Positions 8,409 to 25,142 of a stretch of DNA of 64,000 nt are shown piece by piece (within the stretch, counting starts at the first letter, position 1; every line of letters starts with the position of its first letter). Source of the DNA: Dictyostelium discoideum. Lineage: Eukaryota. The notes below the pieces were generated by a model. The model searched no databases. It was not told the origin of the DNA and saw nothing but the letters and a program-made list of their open reading frames with translations. Where the stretch lies: NCBI GenBank assembly GCA_000004695.1, contig CM000150.2:1504001-1568000 (forward strand), in the 5' to 3' direction. The position numbers were made by a program, and so were the translations under genes.

Positions 8409-10206
8409 ATGAAATTTTCTTTATCTTTAATTTTTATAATAATTTCTGCAATTGTGAATGTAAACTCTCAAACAACTTGCAGATTTGCACCAACCTATAC
8501 ATTAAACGATATTATTAACTCTAATAATCAATCATTCATCAATGATGTATTATTTTGGGAAGGAAATGTATGTATGGAAATCAAAAAATTAATAAAAAAT
8601 AACAAAAAATATTAATAATTAATTTTTAAAATAAAAAAAAAAAAAAAGTTTCATTCAAATCAAGTTGGAGTAAATTATGAATGTGGATATACATATGATG
8701 GACATGAATTAAATTATATTACTGGAGAATTGGATTCACCATTACATGAATTCAGTGCACCATCAAAAGAATCAATTCATTTAGGAATGTTAGCATTGGC
8801 ATTGAATGAATGGGTTAATGAAGAACCGGAAAATTATAAAGCAATTAATTTTTTTCATCAAAACATAACTCGTACCACCACAGAACAAAACGAGATTCCA
8901 TATAGTGGTAATAGTAATTTTGACAATGCAATTACAATACTCTATAGAAAGATCAATACCTATCATCAATTTAATCAACGTTTTCCAGGATTTGGTGGAT
9001 TTCATCCATGGGTATCGGTTAATGATTCCGGTATTTTCTTATTAGATGGTTGGACCAACCAAGTACCAGGTTTGGATAATGGTGAAATGATTTGGGGACT
9101 TTATGCAGTATACAACCTATTAACCACTCAACCAACATTTATTAACAACTACCCCACACTCGGACCATTGTATGAAAAATATTTCCAAATATTAATTAAT
9201 AATGCAATGACAATATTCTATCAACCAAGTGGCTATATTAGTGCAGTTGTAGAAATCAATGATATCTATTCAACACCAACACCAAGCAATTATTTAAATC
9301 CAAGTGGATTATTAAATGATCCATATGAGGGTGAATTGTTGGTAGTGTTTATGGACTTGTTTTGCCAATGGCCATCTGAAGAGGCACGTGACCAAATTTG
9401 GATTAATAAAAGAGCATTATTACAATCAGTTGAATTCAATACCCATAGCAATACAAATATAACAGTTCAACGTGGTTGGTGGTTTTCATCACATGAACAA
9501 TGGAAATATTTAATGTTACCTTATCAAGAGATTGAAATTAATCAACGTGTTTTCCGTAATGGTGAAAGGGCAAGAACTTGGTTCTCCTCAATTAATAATT
9601 ATCCTGGTTTATTTGCTTCTGTAACAAATGTAACTGAAATCAATCAAAATAATGGCTACGTTAGTGCAACTGGTATTAGTGAAATTGCTTTTCAACAACA
9701 AGTTACCAATGCATTAATAACACCATATGCTTCATTTCCATTATTTTTAATTCATGATCAACCATCATTAGGTCTTTCTTGGTATTATACAATGTTAAAT
9801 GGTCCTTCAATGCAAAATCCATTTGGTAGTACTGAATCTGTTAATATAATTGGTACAGGTAAATAATTAATTAATTTATTACATATTTAAATCAAAAAAA
9901 TTCTTTTTTTTTTTTATTTTACTAATTTTATTTTTATTTTTATTTTTAGAAATTGCATCTGTAATTACTTGGGATTCAAAGATTACAACAGTTTTATCAA
10001 TGTTGGGTGGTATTTCAAATATTAATTTACAATTTTTAAAATCAAATGGATTATTTGAACGTTTTTCAACTGTAATTGATAGAGAATGGTCATTGGCTTT
10101 CCCAAATTTAAATGGTGAAAATTTACCATTTATGTATCCGTCACGAGATGTTACAATTCCAAAAATTTTAAATGATTTTACAAATTGTACATTAAAAAAG
10201 ATTTAA
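8409..10206 (+). CDS. Secreted protein of about 540 aa, unknown function, in 3 exons: 8409-8567, 8649-9858, 9950-10206.
   Basis: Exon 1 encodes a signal peptide (MKFSLSLIFIIISAIVNVNSQ). A GTATGT donor at 8568 and an AG at 8647-8648 keep frame into the 378-aa ORF. A second donor, gtaaat at 9859 (phase 1), with an acceptor tttag at 9945-9949, joins the ORF ending in TLKKI at 10206. I recognise no domain (..GFGGFHPWVSVNDSGIFLLDGWTNQVPGLDNGEMIWGLYAVYNLL..). Confidence 0.55.
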
Positions 10207-10263
10207 ATAAAAATAAGAATAATATTTTTAAACAATTATTTATAATAATAATAATAATATTTA

Positions 10264-11878
10264 TTATGATTCTAATGGTTTAATATCGTTATTAATATTA
10301 ACTTCAATTGAAAAGTCTATAACTAAACTATCATCTTTTAACCAAACTTCTGGTTTTTTTCCAGGTTCTGTTGATTTTATAAAATAATGACAACCAACTG
10401 ATTTTTCTTTATCCATAACTTTTTAAATAATCAAAGAAAAAAAAAAAAAAAAAAAGTTAATATATATTATTAGAAAAAAATAAACAATTATTTCCAATTT
10501 GATTAATTTTAATTAATAACTTACTTGATTTATTTTTAAAAATAAGATTTTTAGATTCATCTTTAAAATTAAGTAAAACAAATTTATAAAATACTTTAAT
10601 TGGATTAATTGAATCAGATTTTAAAAAAAGTGAAGTATATGAACCATCGTCTTTACCTTGTGGATAAATTACCAATTTAAATTTTTTATCATAAATTTTA
10701 AAAGATGGAGAAGTAATTTTTCTATATTTTCTTGATTCGGTTAAATAATTTGAAATTGACCATCTATTTTTATATTTAAGTAAACAACCATTAATAAAAT
10801 ATGAATTAACTTTTGAAACTTTTTCAAATAAATCATCAAATTTAATTCTTTCTTGTTGTTCTTTTTGTTCTTTTTGTTCTTTTTGTTCTTTTTGTTGTGG
10901 TTGTTGATTATCTTTTGGATATAAATCTAATTGAAGATTATTTAATTTTTTATCAATTTTAGATTCAAATTGATAAAATTTATCATAGAGTTGGTCACAT
11001 TTTGATTCAGTTTCAAGTTGTTCAAGTTTATTGATCTTATTTAAAAGATTTTCATATTTGATATTGGTTTCTTTGATTTGTAATGATTGAGATTCAATCA
11101 TTGAACCCATTGCAAGTGTATGATTAATTGAACTAAGATGTTGAGTTAAATTTGATTTTGGGAATCTATTTGATTGTTCACAACCATATATTTTGTATGG
11201 ACAATCGATCATTACCATTTGGCATTGTTTTTCAATGTGTGATTCTAATTGAGATCTCTCCAATTGAACGGTACATCCATTTTCACTGCATTTCACAATA
11301 AACTTTGGACATTCTTTATAATGATTCTCTAATGATCTTGATGTTATACCATCGGTATCACAATATCTACAATATTCTAATCTAAATTCACATTGTTCTT
11401 TTTCATGTTTTTCAACTTGATTTAATCTAATAATTTTATTACATCCAATAAATTTACATTTTATATGTGTAAATTTACATTGTTTTAAATGTTTTTCAAT
11501 TTCACCAATTGTTATAATATCTTTACATCCATTTTCTAAATCTTTGATTTTATTATTATTATTTTTATTTTCATCAATATATTTAAATGAATTTGGACAA
11601 TTAACTTTTATATTTAAAAAATCTTGTTCAATGAATCTATTTCTTGATAGTTCTGAAATTGATTTAACTATACATCTACATATCATACATTCTTTTTTTT
11701 TAAACAATGATTCTGCCCAACATGTTTTGCAAAACCAATGAATTTCTTTACATTGATAAATTTCTTTTTTATATACTGATTCATAACAAATTGAACATGA
11801 ATACTTTTCAATATTTACATCTTCATAAAAAATATCTGTTAAATTATATTGTATAAAATAATGTGTATATTCTGCCAT
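10264..11878 (-). CDS. TRAF-like protein with RING finger, TRAF-type zinc fingers, a coiled coil and a MATH domain. Two exons: 10525-11878 and 10264-10418.
   Basis: N-terminal C3HC4 RING (CSICYESV..CKEIHWFCKTCW..CMICR), then repeated C/H TRAF zinc-finger motifs, a coiled coil (KINKLEQLETESK) and a MATH-like C-terminus. The minus-strand GTAAGT donor at 10524-10519 and the AG at 10420-10419 splice in a final exon, IMDKEKSVGCHYFIKSTEPGKKPEVWLKDDSLVIDFSIEVNINNDIKPLES*, that completes the MATH domain. Confidence 0.75.
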
Positions 11879-12297
11879 ATGGTACTTAAGTTTTAAAAAG
11901 AAAATGAAAATTAAAAAAAAAAAAAAAAAAAAATTAAAAAAAATAATAAAAAAAATAAAAAAAAAAATAATAAAAATAAAAATAAAAATAAAACAAAAAT
12001 GGAAAATAAAAAAACTAAAAAATTATTCTTTTTTTAGTTGTGTAAAAAAAAAAAAAAATAAATACTTACTTTTTAGTTAACAATTTTAATTTATTCTTTG
12101 AAAAAAATAAAATTTCTTATTTTTTTCTCTTTTTTTTCTATGAAACCATAAAATAAATAAAGGAGAAAATTAATTCTTATACTTCAATTTACTTAAAAAG
12201 AAAAAAATAAAATAAAATACCTATTTTTAATTAATTATTTTTATTTATTAATTTAGTTTAAATTAATTTAATTAATTTAATTAATTTAATTTATTAT

Positions 12298-12343
<46 letters not shown>

Positions 12344-12723
12344 ATTAGTGGAATCTTTAATTAATTAAACACATTTTGTTGAAGAAGGAAAAAAAAAAAA
12401 AGTTAATCTTTTTATTTTTTTTAATTTTTTTTTTTTTTTTTTTTTTTTTACAATTTTTTTTTTTTTTTTTTTTTTTTTCATTTATTTTTACACAGAAGTG
12501 GTTGTTTAAATTATTTGAAGTTTTATATTTATATTTTTGATGGAATATCACAATAATTATACAAGTAAAAAAAATAAAAAGAAATAAGAAAAAAACCAAA
12601 CATCGATTAAACATTTTGTTTTGTTTTATTTTTTTAATTTTTTGTTTTTTCTAAAAAAAAAAAAAAAATAAAAAATAAAAAAAAAATAAAAAAAATTTCA
12701 ATCTACCATAAAAATAAAACAAA

Positions 12724-15586
12724 ATGAATAAAAAGGTATTTTTAAATAACTATTTAAATGAAAGAAAACAATTGAATGGTAATGAAATCAACAATAACAA
12801 CAATAACAACAACAATAACAATTACAACAATAATAACAATAATAATAATCTAAATAAGGATAAGGATAAAGATAAAGATAAAGAAAGAGATAAAGATAGA
12901 GAAAGAATTAAAGAAAGAACTAAAGAAAGAGGTGACAAAGAAAGAGATAGAGATAAAGAAAGAGACAGAGAGAGAAAGAAAGAAAAAGTTGAAAAACCTC
13001 AAGTTGCCGTCTTAAAACAAAGTGCTCAACATGTTAAACAACAAAGATTAAAAGAAAAAGAAAAAGGTAAAGAAAAGGAAAAAGATAAAGAAAAAGATAA
13101 GGAAAAAGATAAAGAAAGAGAAAGAGAAAAAGAAAAAGAAAAAGAAAAGGTAAAAGATAGAGAAAAAGAAAAAGAAAAAGAAAAAGAAAAAGAAAAAGAA
13201 AAGGTAAAAGATAGAGAAAAGGTAAAAGATAGAGAAAAGGAAAAAGAAAAAGAAAAAGAAAGAGACAAGCTCAAACCAAAAGATTCCAAAATTAAAGAAA
13301 GAGATATTGAAAAGGAAAAAGTAAGAGATAGAGAAAAAGAAAGAGAAAAAATTAGAGATAGAGAAAAAGATAAAAATAGTAACAATAATATTATTAAACC
13401 AAAAGAAAAAAAAGATGAAAGTATTGCAAAAACTCAAAAAAATATAACAATTAAAGAAAATGGCAATATAACCAGTAGTAGTAGTATTAGTAATAGTAGT
13501 AGTATTAATAATAATAATAATAATAAAATAATAAATAAGAGTGTTAGTACCAATGGTAATGGTAATAGTAGTAATAGTACAAATAATAATAACAGTAATG
13601 GTAGTAATGGTGTAGATATAAAAAAGAAACCAATTCTTGACTCAAAGAAAAGGGCATTACCATCATCATCATCAAAATCTCAAACTACATCAACTTCAAC
13701 TTCAACCTCAACTTCAAAATTATCAAAACCAATTGTGAAAAAGAAAAAAGATTCAAATTTAAAAAGGATTAAACTTTCAAATGGTGGTGTAGTTACAAAA
13801 TATAAGAGAAAGAAATCAAATAATGATAGTGGTAGCGATGATAGTAGTTATGATAGTAGTGATGATAGTAGCGGTAATGATAGTAGTAGTAGTGGTAGTA
13901 GCAGTAGTAGTGGTAGTGATGACAGCGATAATAGTAGTGATGATGATAGTGATAGCAGTGATGGCGATAGTAGTAGTGATAACGATGATGACAATGACAA
14001 AAATAGTAGTGGAAGTGATGATGACGAAGATGGTGATTCTAGTAGTTTCGATAGTAATTATAGTGGTTCATATGATAGTTTTAGTGACAGTAGCGAATGT
14101 GACGATAGTGATTGTTCATGTGGAAAAAAAAGAAAAAATAAACCCGATAGTAGTAATAGTAAATTAACAAATTTAAAAAAACCAATAACCAATGGTAACA
14201 CCACCGATAATTTAGACAATGGTTTAACAACATCATCAATAGTAGTTGACGATCAACAAAAAATTACAAATGAATATATTGAAAAACATTTAAATTCTGG
14301 TAAAGCGAACCCTGACTATTCTGATATTGCTGTCTTAATTCAAAAATCAAGAAATAAGAAATTTGGTTTCATTTCAAGAAGTAAGTATCATTCAATTTAT
14401 TAATAATATAAAATATATATTAATTAACTTTTTTTTATTATTCAGACTTTTTTATAGAAAGAACAGAGAAAATATTATACGAAATTGATGATATTGATAT
14501 TTGTAATTGTTCAAAAAGTAGTGGATCAGTTTGCGGTGATGATTGTTTAAATAGAGAATCATATGTAGAATGTAATATTGAACATTGTGAATTAGGTAAA
14601 AAATGTACGAATCAAAGATTTCAAAGAAAACAATATTCAAATATTAAACCTGCATTTGTAAGTCATATAATATAATTTTTTTTTTTTTTTTTTTAATAAT
14701 AACATATTAATGTTTATTTTTATTTTTTTATTTTTTTTTTATTTTTTTTTTATTCTAGACAGGTAAAAAAGGATGGGGATTAATTGCAAATGAAGACATT
14801 GAAGAAAAACAATTTATAATGGAATATTGTGGTGAAGTAATTAGTAAACAAACTTGTTTGAGAAGGATGAAAGAGGCAGAGAATGAAAAGTTTTTTTATT
14901 TCCTTACATTAGATTCAAAGGAATGTTTGGATGCAAGTAAGAGGGGTAATTTAGCAAGATTTATGAATCATAGTTGTGATCCAAATTGTGAAACCCAAAA
15001 ATGGACGGTTGGTGGTGAAGTAAAGATTGGAATTTTCGCAATTAAACCAATACCAAAAGGTACTGAATTAACATTTGATTATAATTATGAAAGATTTGGT
15101 GCACAGAAACAAGAATGTTATTGTGGTTCTGTAAATTGTCGTGGTTATTTAGGTCAGAAATCAAAATCATCCACTTCTACAACTCGTCCAAAACAAATCA
15201 CTCGTTGGAAGAATTCAATAGTTTTAAATCATAATCATCATGTTAAATATTTTTTAGGTGAACCAATCATTCCACATTCAAACCCTTCCTCCTCCTCTTC
15301 CTCTAGATCAGTATCAACTCTTTATAATAGTGAATTATCACCAGAGATGGAATTACAATTAATTAATTCAAAAAGAATATTCCTACATAGAAATGTTAGA
15401 AAATTGAAATCTTTTTATTTTAATGTTTTTAATTATTATAGTAGCGGTGGTGGTAGTGGTGGTAATAATAAAAAGTTAATTAATATAACTTCAACTTCAA
15501 CTTCAAATTCATCTTTAAATTCATCTTTAAATTCAAATATAAAATTAAAAAGAAAAAATAAAATTAGTGATATCTTCAATATTTGA
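12724..15586 (+). CDS. SET-domain histone-lysine N-methyltransferase with AWS-SET-postSET architecture (SET2/ASH1/NSD type, H3K36-like). Three exons: 12724-14380, 14446-14657, 14759-15586.
   Basis: Exon 1 is low complexity (KDKE/KEKE, S-rich, D/S-rich). Exon 2 encodes the Cys-rich AWS (CNCSKSSGSVCGDDCLNRESYVECNIEHCELGKKCTNQRF). Exon 3 encodes SET (GWGLIANEDIEEKQFIMEYCGEVI..NLARFMNHSCDPNCETQKW..IGIFAIKPIPKGTELTFDYNYE) and postSET (CYCGSVNCRGYLG). Both introns have GTAAGT donors and AG acceptors that preserve frame. Confidence 0.85.
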
Positions 15587-16066
15587 ATTTAAACAAAACA
15601 AAAAAAATCTGGAAAAAAAAAAAAAAAGATATTTTTAAAATTCAAAATTCAAATTTTTTAAAAAAAAAAAAAAAAAAGCACAACCGAAAAAAAAAAAATT
15701 AACCGGTATTAATTTATTTATTTTTATTTTTTTTTTTTTAATTTTTTTTTATTTTTTTTTTTTTTTTTTTTTTCACAACAAATTTTTTTTTTTTTTTTTT
15801 TTTTTTTTATTATTTTTATATTTTTATTACACATATCGCTTAAGGTAAGTTTTATATGGCAAAAAAGACATATGAAAAATAAAAATGAAAAAAAAAATAA
15901 AATAAAAAATAATATTGTTATTACACCTGCATCGATATTATAAGATATTTTATATTTTTTTATTTTTCTCTCTTTTATTTTGTGTTTATTTTTCAAACAA
16001 ATTTTCTTTTTTTTTTTTTTTTTTGTATAAGTAATAGGAAAAATAAATAAAAATAAAAAAAAAAAA

Positions 16067-16112
<46 letters not shown>

Positions 16113-16753
16113 CAACAAACATTAAACATAAAACAAATAATTTTTTTTTAAAAAAAAAAAAATAATAAAATCATAGTGAGCCTACCCAATAAAAAAAAAA
16201 AAAAGTAATATAAAAACTATAAAAATAAATTGGATACGATTTTTTTTTTTTTTTTTAAAAAAACACCACACATAATAAAATTAATTTATAAAAAGAATAT
16301 AGAATAAGTAATGAAATTTCCTTCTATTCCTTAGAATTTCTTTATTTCAAATAATGATTCTTAATTTTAATCGGAATTTCATTTTTTCTTGGAAATATTT
16401 TTTTAAATTATTAAGTTGTAAAAATTCTTCCAAATTTCCCAAAAACTATTACAATAAAAAAAATATTTAACTGAAATTTTTATTTCTTTTTTTTTTTATA
16501 TTTTTATAAATTTTTAATTATTTTTGTATTTGTTTTTTTTTTTTTTTCAAAAATTTTTTAAAATAAAATAAAATTTTTTTTTTTTTTCATTCATTATTTT
16601 TAATCCCAATTTTTCATTCAACACCCACATTAAAAAAATAAAAATCTTGTTTCACACAAAATTTCAGTATAATTTTAAATAACAAATAATTAACACCACA
16701 CTCTTATAAATTTATAAATTATAACAACAATAATAAATAGTATATTTTAAAAG

Positions 16754-17173
16754 ATGGCCCGTACAAAACAAACCGCACGTAAATCAACTGGTGCTAAAGT
16801 ACCACGTAAACACATTGGTTCTAAACAAGCCCATAAACAAACTCCAGTCTCTTCATCAAGTGGTGGTGTAAAGAAAGTACATCGTTTCAGACCAGGTACT
16901 GTCGCTCTTAGAGAAATCAGAAAATACCAAAAGAGTACCGATCTCTTAATTCGTAAACTCCCATTCCAACGTTTAGTCAGAGAAATCGCACAAGAATTCA
17001 AAACCGATCTTCGTTTCCAATCTGCCGCCATCGGTGCCCTTCAAGAAGCCTCTGAAGCTTACTTGGTTGGTTTATTCGAAGATACCAATTTATGTGCCAT
17101 CCACGCTAAACGTGTTACTATCATGCCAAAAGATATTCACTTAGCCAGACGTATCAGAGGTGAAAGATCATAA
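16754..17173 (+). CDS. Histone H3, the Dictyostelium-type H3 with an extended, divergent N-terminal tail.
   Basis: Translation is [139 protein letters not shown]. The histone fold is essentially canonical H3. The tail keeps K4, K9 and GGVKK (K36) but replaces the canonical AARKS K27 region with [11 protein letters not shown]. Confidence 0.95.
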   Translation: MARTKQTARKSTGAKVPRKHIGSKQAHKQTPVSSSSGGVKKVHRFRPGTVALREIRKYQKSTDLLIRKLPFQRLVREIAQEFKTDLRFQSAAIGALQEASEAYLVGLFEDTNLCAIHAKRVTIMPKDIHLARRIRGERS

Positions 17174-17306
17174 AGAGTTTATTTTTATTTTTTAACAAAA
17201 AAAAAAAAAAAAAAAAAAAACAAAACTATTCAACTCATTTGTAAATTTTCATTAATATAATTCCATAAAAAAAAAAAGAAAAAAAAAAAAGAAAAAAAAA
17301 AAAAAG

Positions 17307-17337
<31 letters not shown>

Positions 17338-17690
17338 TTTTTTTTTAAATAAAGATAATGTTATTTAATTAATTTGTATATACAGCTTTTATTTTATTTT
17401 TTTAATATAAAAACCTTTTTTTTTTAATTTTTTTTTTTTTTATTTATTTTTTTCATTACAATTTCCAAAAATTTTGAAAATTTTTATTTTATTTTTATTT
17501 TTATTTTTTTTTTTTTCATTACAATTTCATATCCGATTATTACTTATTCAAATACAGATAGATAGAAAAAAAAAAAAAAAAAAAAATAAAATTAATATAG
17601 ACATAGTTGTATATATTTTTTTTTTTTTTTTTTTTTTTAAATCATTGCAATGATTAGATCGAAAAGTAATATATAATAATAATAAAAATA

Positions 17691-22501
<4,811 letters not shown>

Positions 22502-23024
22502 TCAAAACAATAATATCAAAAGCAATATTCAAAATAAAATAATAATAAAAAAAAAAAAAAATAATAATAATAAATAATAAATAATAACAAATAATAATAA
22601 ATAATAATAATAATAATAATAATAAAAATAAAAATAAAAATAAAATCATTTATTTGTGAAAATTAGTAGTATTCACAAGATATATGTTTTATCTGTATAA
22701 AAAAAATGTATAAAAAGTGGGGTGTAATTCCTAACTGTTTTTTTTTTTTTTTCTATTTTTAGAGCGAGAAAAGGTTGTTTTTTAAAATGTTTACTTTTTT
22801 TAATTTTTAAACATCAAATGAAGATTTACTTTATTTTATTTGAAAATATTTTTTAACAACAAGTTTAATTATTTTAATTTTTGTGTTTAAAAAAAAAAAA
22901 AAAAATAAAAAAAAAAAAGAAATAATAAAAAATTATATAATTATAAATTTGGTTAAAAAAAAAAATTATAATTACATCACACAAAAAAAATTATAATTAT
23001 AATCAAAACAAATTAATAAAAAAA

Positions 23025-23435
23025 ATGATTAATAGTTTTGTCTCTACAACTAAAAAAGTTACTACCTCCATCCCAACAAATGATATTTTTCCAATTAGAG
23101 AGGAATATACTGAAGATATTAGGTCAATGCTTCAAAATAATTTAAATCAATTTTTGGAAGTGGTAAAAAAAGAGGTACCAATGTTTTACCTTTATAAAGG
23201 TATTGAAGGTAGAGTTAAGGAAATTGAGTCAATGAATAGAAAATTGGTTACTAAAAATAAACATAGTTGGAAAGATGTTTCTGATTATTGTGGTGTTCAA
23301 ATTATTGTTCATCCTTTTAAAAATATAAAAGAAATCATTCATATGTTAAATCATTTAACAAAAAAACATAATTTCAAAATGTTTGTATTTTATTTAAAAA
23401 TTTATTATTTTATTATCTTATATTTATTTTTTATT

Positions 23436-23479
<44 letters not shown>

Positions 23480-24102
23480 CACAAAGAGTAAAAGAAGAAA
23501 ATATTTTACCAAAAGATTCTACATCATTTGGATATAGGGCAACTCATATTGATTCAATATTTAATGATTTAAAGGTCGAAATTCAAATAAGAACTATTTT
23601 TCAAGATATATGGGGACAATTGAGTCATCAACAATATGAAATTGCAAGATTAAATGGTTATGATAATGCCCATAATTTACCAAGAGATATTAGTCAAATA
23701 TCTTCTCTTTTGGAAATATCTGAAGTTCTTTCAGGTTTATTGGCAAGTAACCACTCTCAACCAATACCAACTTCTAAAGTTGAATCACCAGATCAAATGA
23801 AACTTTTGTTTGCTAAAAAATTTAAGTACGGAGGTCATATGACCAATTGGGAATTTGGAGTTCTTTTTGAAGTTTCAAAACTTGGTGGAATTAATTCACC
23901 ACATGAACTTGAAAAAAAGTGGATTGAATTTTCAAAAAAATTAAATAACCCACCAGAGTCAACGCCAAATGTAATTTTTAAATTTGCTCAATACTTATTT
24001 ATTGGAGAATCCTTTAATCCAAATATTATCACTGATTCAAAAGTATCTTATGAACTCCTTCATAAATTTAAAAATGTTTTGTCGAATATTCCATTAATAT
24101 GA
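23025..24102 (+). CDS. RelA/SpoT-family nucleotidyltransferase (alarmone-synthetase-type) domain protein of about 324 aa, with no HD hydrolase domain. Two exons: 23025-23380, 23487-24102.
   Basis: The spliced product reads ..YKGIEGRVKEIESMNRKLVTK..WKDVSDYCGVQIIVHPF..HNFK-I-VKEENILPKDSTSFGYRATHIDSIFNDLKVEIQIRTIFQDIWGQLSHQQYEIAR. This carries the RelA_SpoT synthetase signatures GRVK..S..K, D-x-x-G-[IV]-[QR]-I-I, PK..GY+S/A.H and E[IV]QIRT..W. The donor is gtttgt at 23381 (phase 2) and the acceptor is AG at 23485-86, removing a T-rich intron. Confidence 0.7.
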
Positions 24103-24261
24103 AAAAAAATAAAAAAAATAAAAATAAATCGTTTTGTCAGTTTTAAAAAAATCTTCAAATCAATTTTCGTTGCTTGTGTTTCGTTAAATTTCAAAAAAAA
24201 AAAATTTTGATTTTTTTTTTTTTTTTTTTTTTTGACAGTGCTCTAGATAAAATATATAAAA

Positions 24262-24973
24262 ATGACAACAAATAAACCATCATTCAGTTACTTTAAAGTT
24301 TTAGTTCTTGGTCAACTTCCAAGATTCACTTTAAATTATTTTGGTACCGATTTTACTGATAATTATGTCGAGTCAATTGATGATGAATTCAGAAAAACCC
24401 TTAAATTTGGTCAATTACCATTATTTGTTGACTCAGATGGTTTCAGATTAACTCAAACAGATGCTATTTGTAAGTTTACCCTTTATATATATTTTTATAC
24501 CTATATATTTAATCTCTAATTTATTTTATTTTTTATTTTTAATTATTTAAAAAAAAAAAAAAAAAAAAAAAGGTAAATACATTGCCGCTAAACATGATTT
24601 CCTTGGAAAATCAATTAAAGAAAGAGCAATCGTTGATGAAACAATCGCTGCAGTTCATGATGATGTTATTATTCCAGGTTATAAAGTTGGTAAAGGTGTT
24701 GAAGATAAAAAAGTTATTGACACAATCATTTCAAGACATTTCACAACTTTTGAAAATGTTTTAGCTGAAAACAAATTCATTGCTGGTGGTGATAACTATA
24801 CTCTTGCTGATTTATATGTTTTTGTTGCTTACCACTATTATAAACATTTAGGACATTCTGAAAAGTTCCAAAATAAATTCCCACATTTGGAAGCTTTACA
24901 AGCTCATTTCGAATCAAATAAAGGTATTGCTGAATATATCAAAAATAGACCAGATTCTGGTAGAGGTATTTAA
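24262..24973 (+). CDS. Glutathione S-transferase-like protein of about 203 aa. Two exons: 24262-24469, 24573-24973.
   Basis: Exon 1 ends ..[23 protein letters not shown], a GST N-domain motif. A GTAAGT donor at 24470 and an AG at 24571-72 join it to a GST C-terminal domain ([67 protein letters not shown]). The ORF-track entry 24582-24764 is an alternate-frame artefact. Confidence 0.7.
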
Positions 24974-25142
24974 ATAATAAAATAAAATAAATATTAAAAA
25001 CAAATAAAATACAAAATATATATAAATAAATAAATAAATATATAATGATTACATTTTAATATATATATATAATTTCTTTATTTTTATTTTTATTTTTTCT
25101 AATTACATAATAAATTTTATTCTTTTTTTTTTTTTTTTTTTT

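Noticed and set aside
12357-14167. ORFs 12357-12614(-), 13026-13385(-), 13048-13437(-) and 13823-14167(+)
   Set aside because: These are homopolymer or low-complexity translations, either antisense to or in alternate frames of exon 1 of the SET gene and its poly-T promoter region.
16747-17031. 94-aa minus-strand ORF overlapping the histone H3 gene
   Set aside because: It is antisense to a perfectly conserved H3 CDS and its GC-richer composition arises from the H3 codons. There is no independent support.
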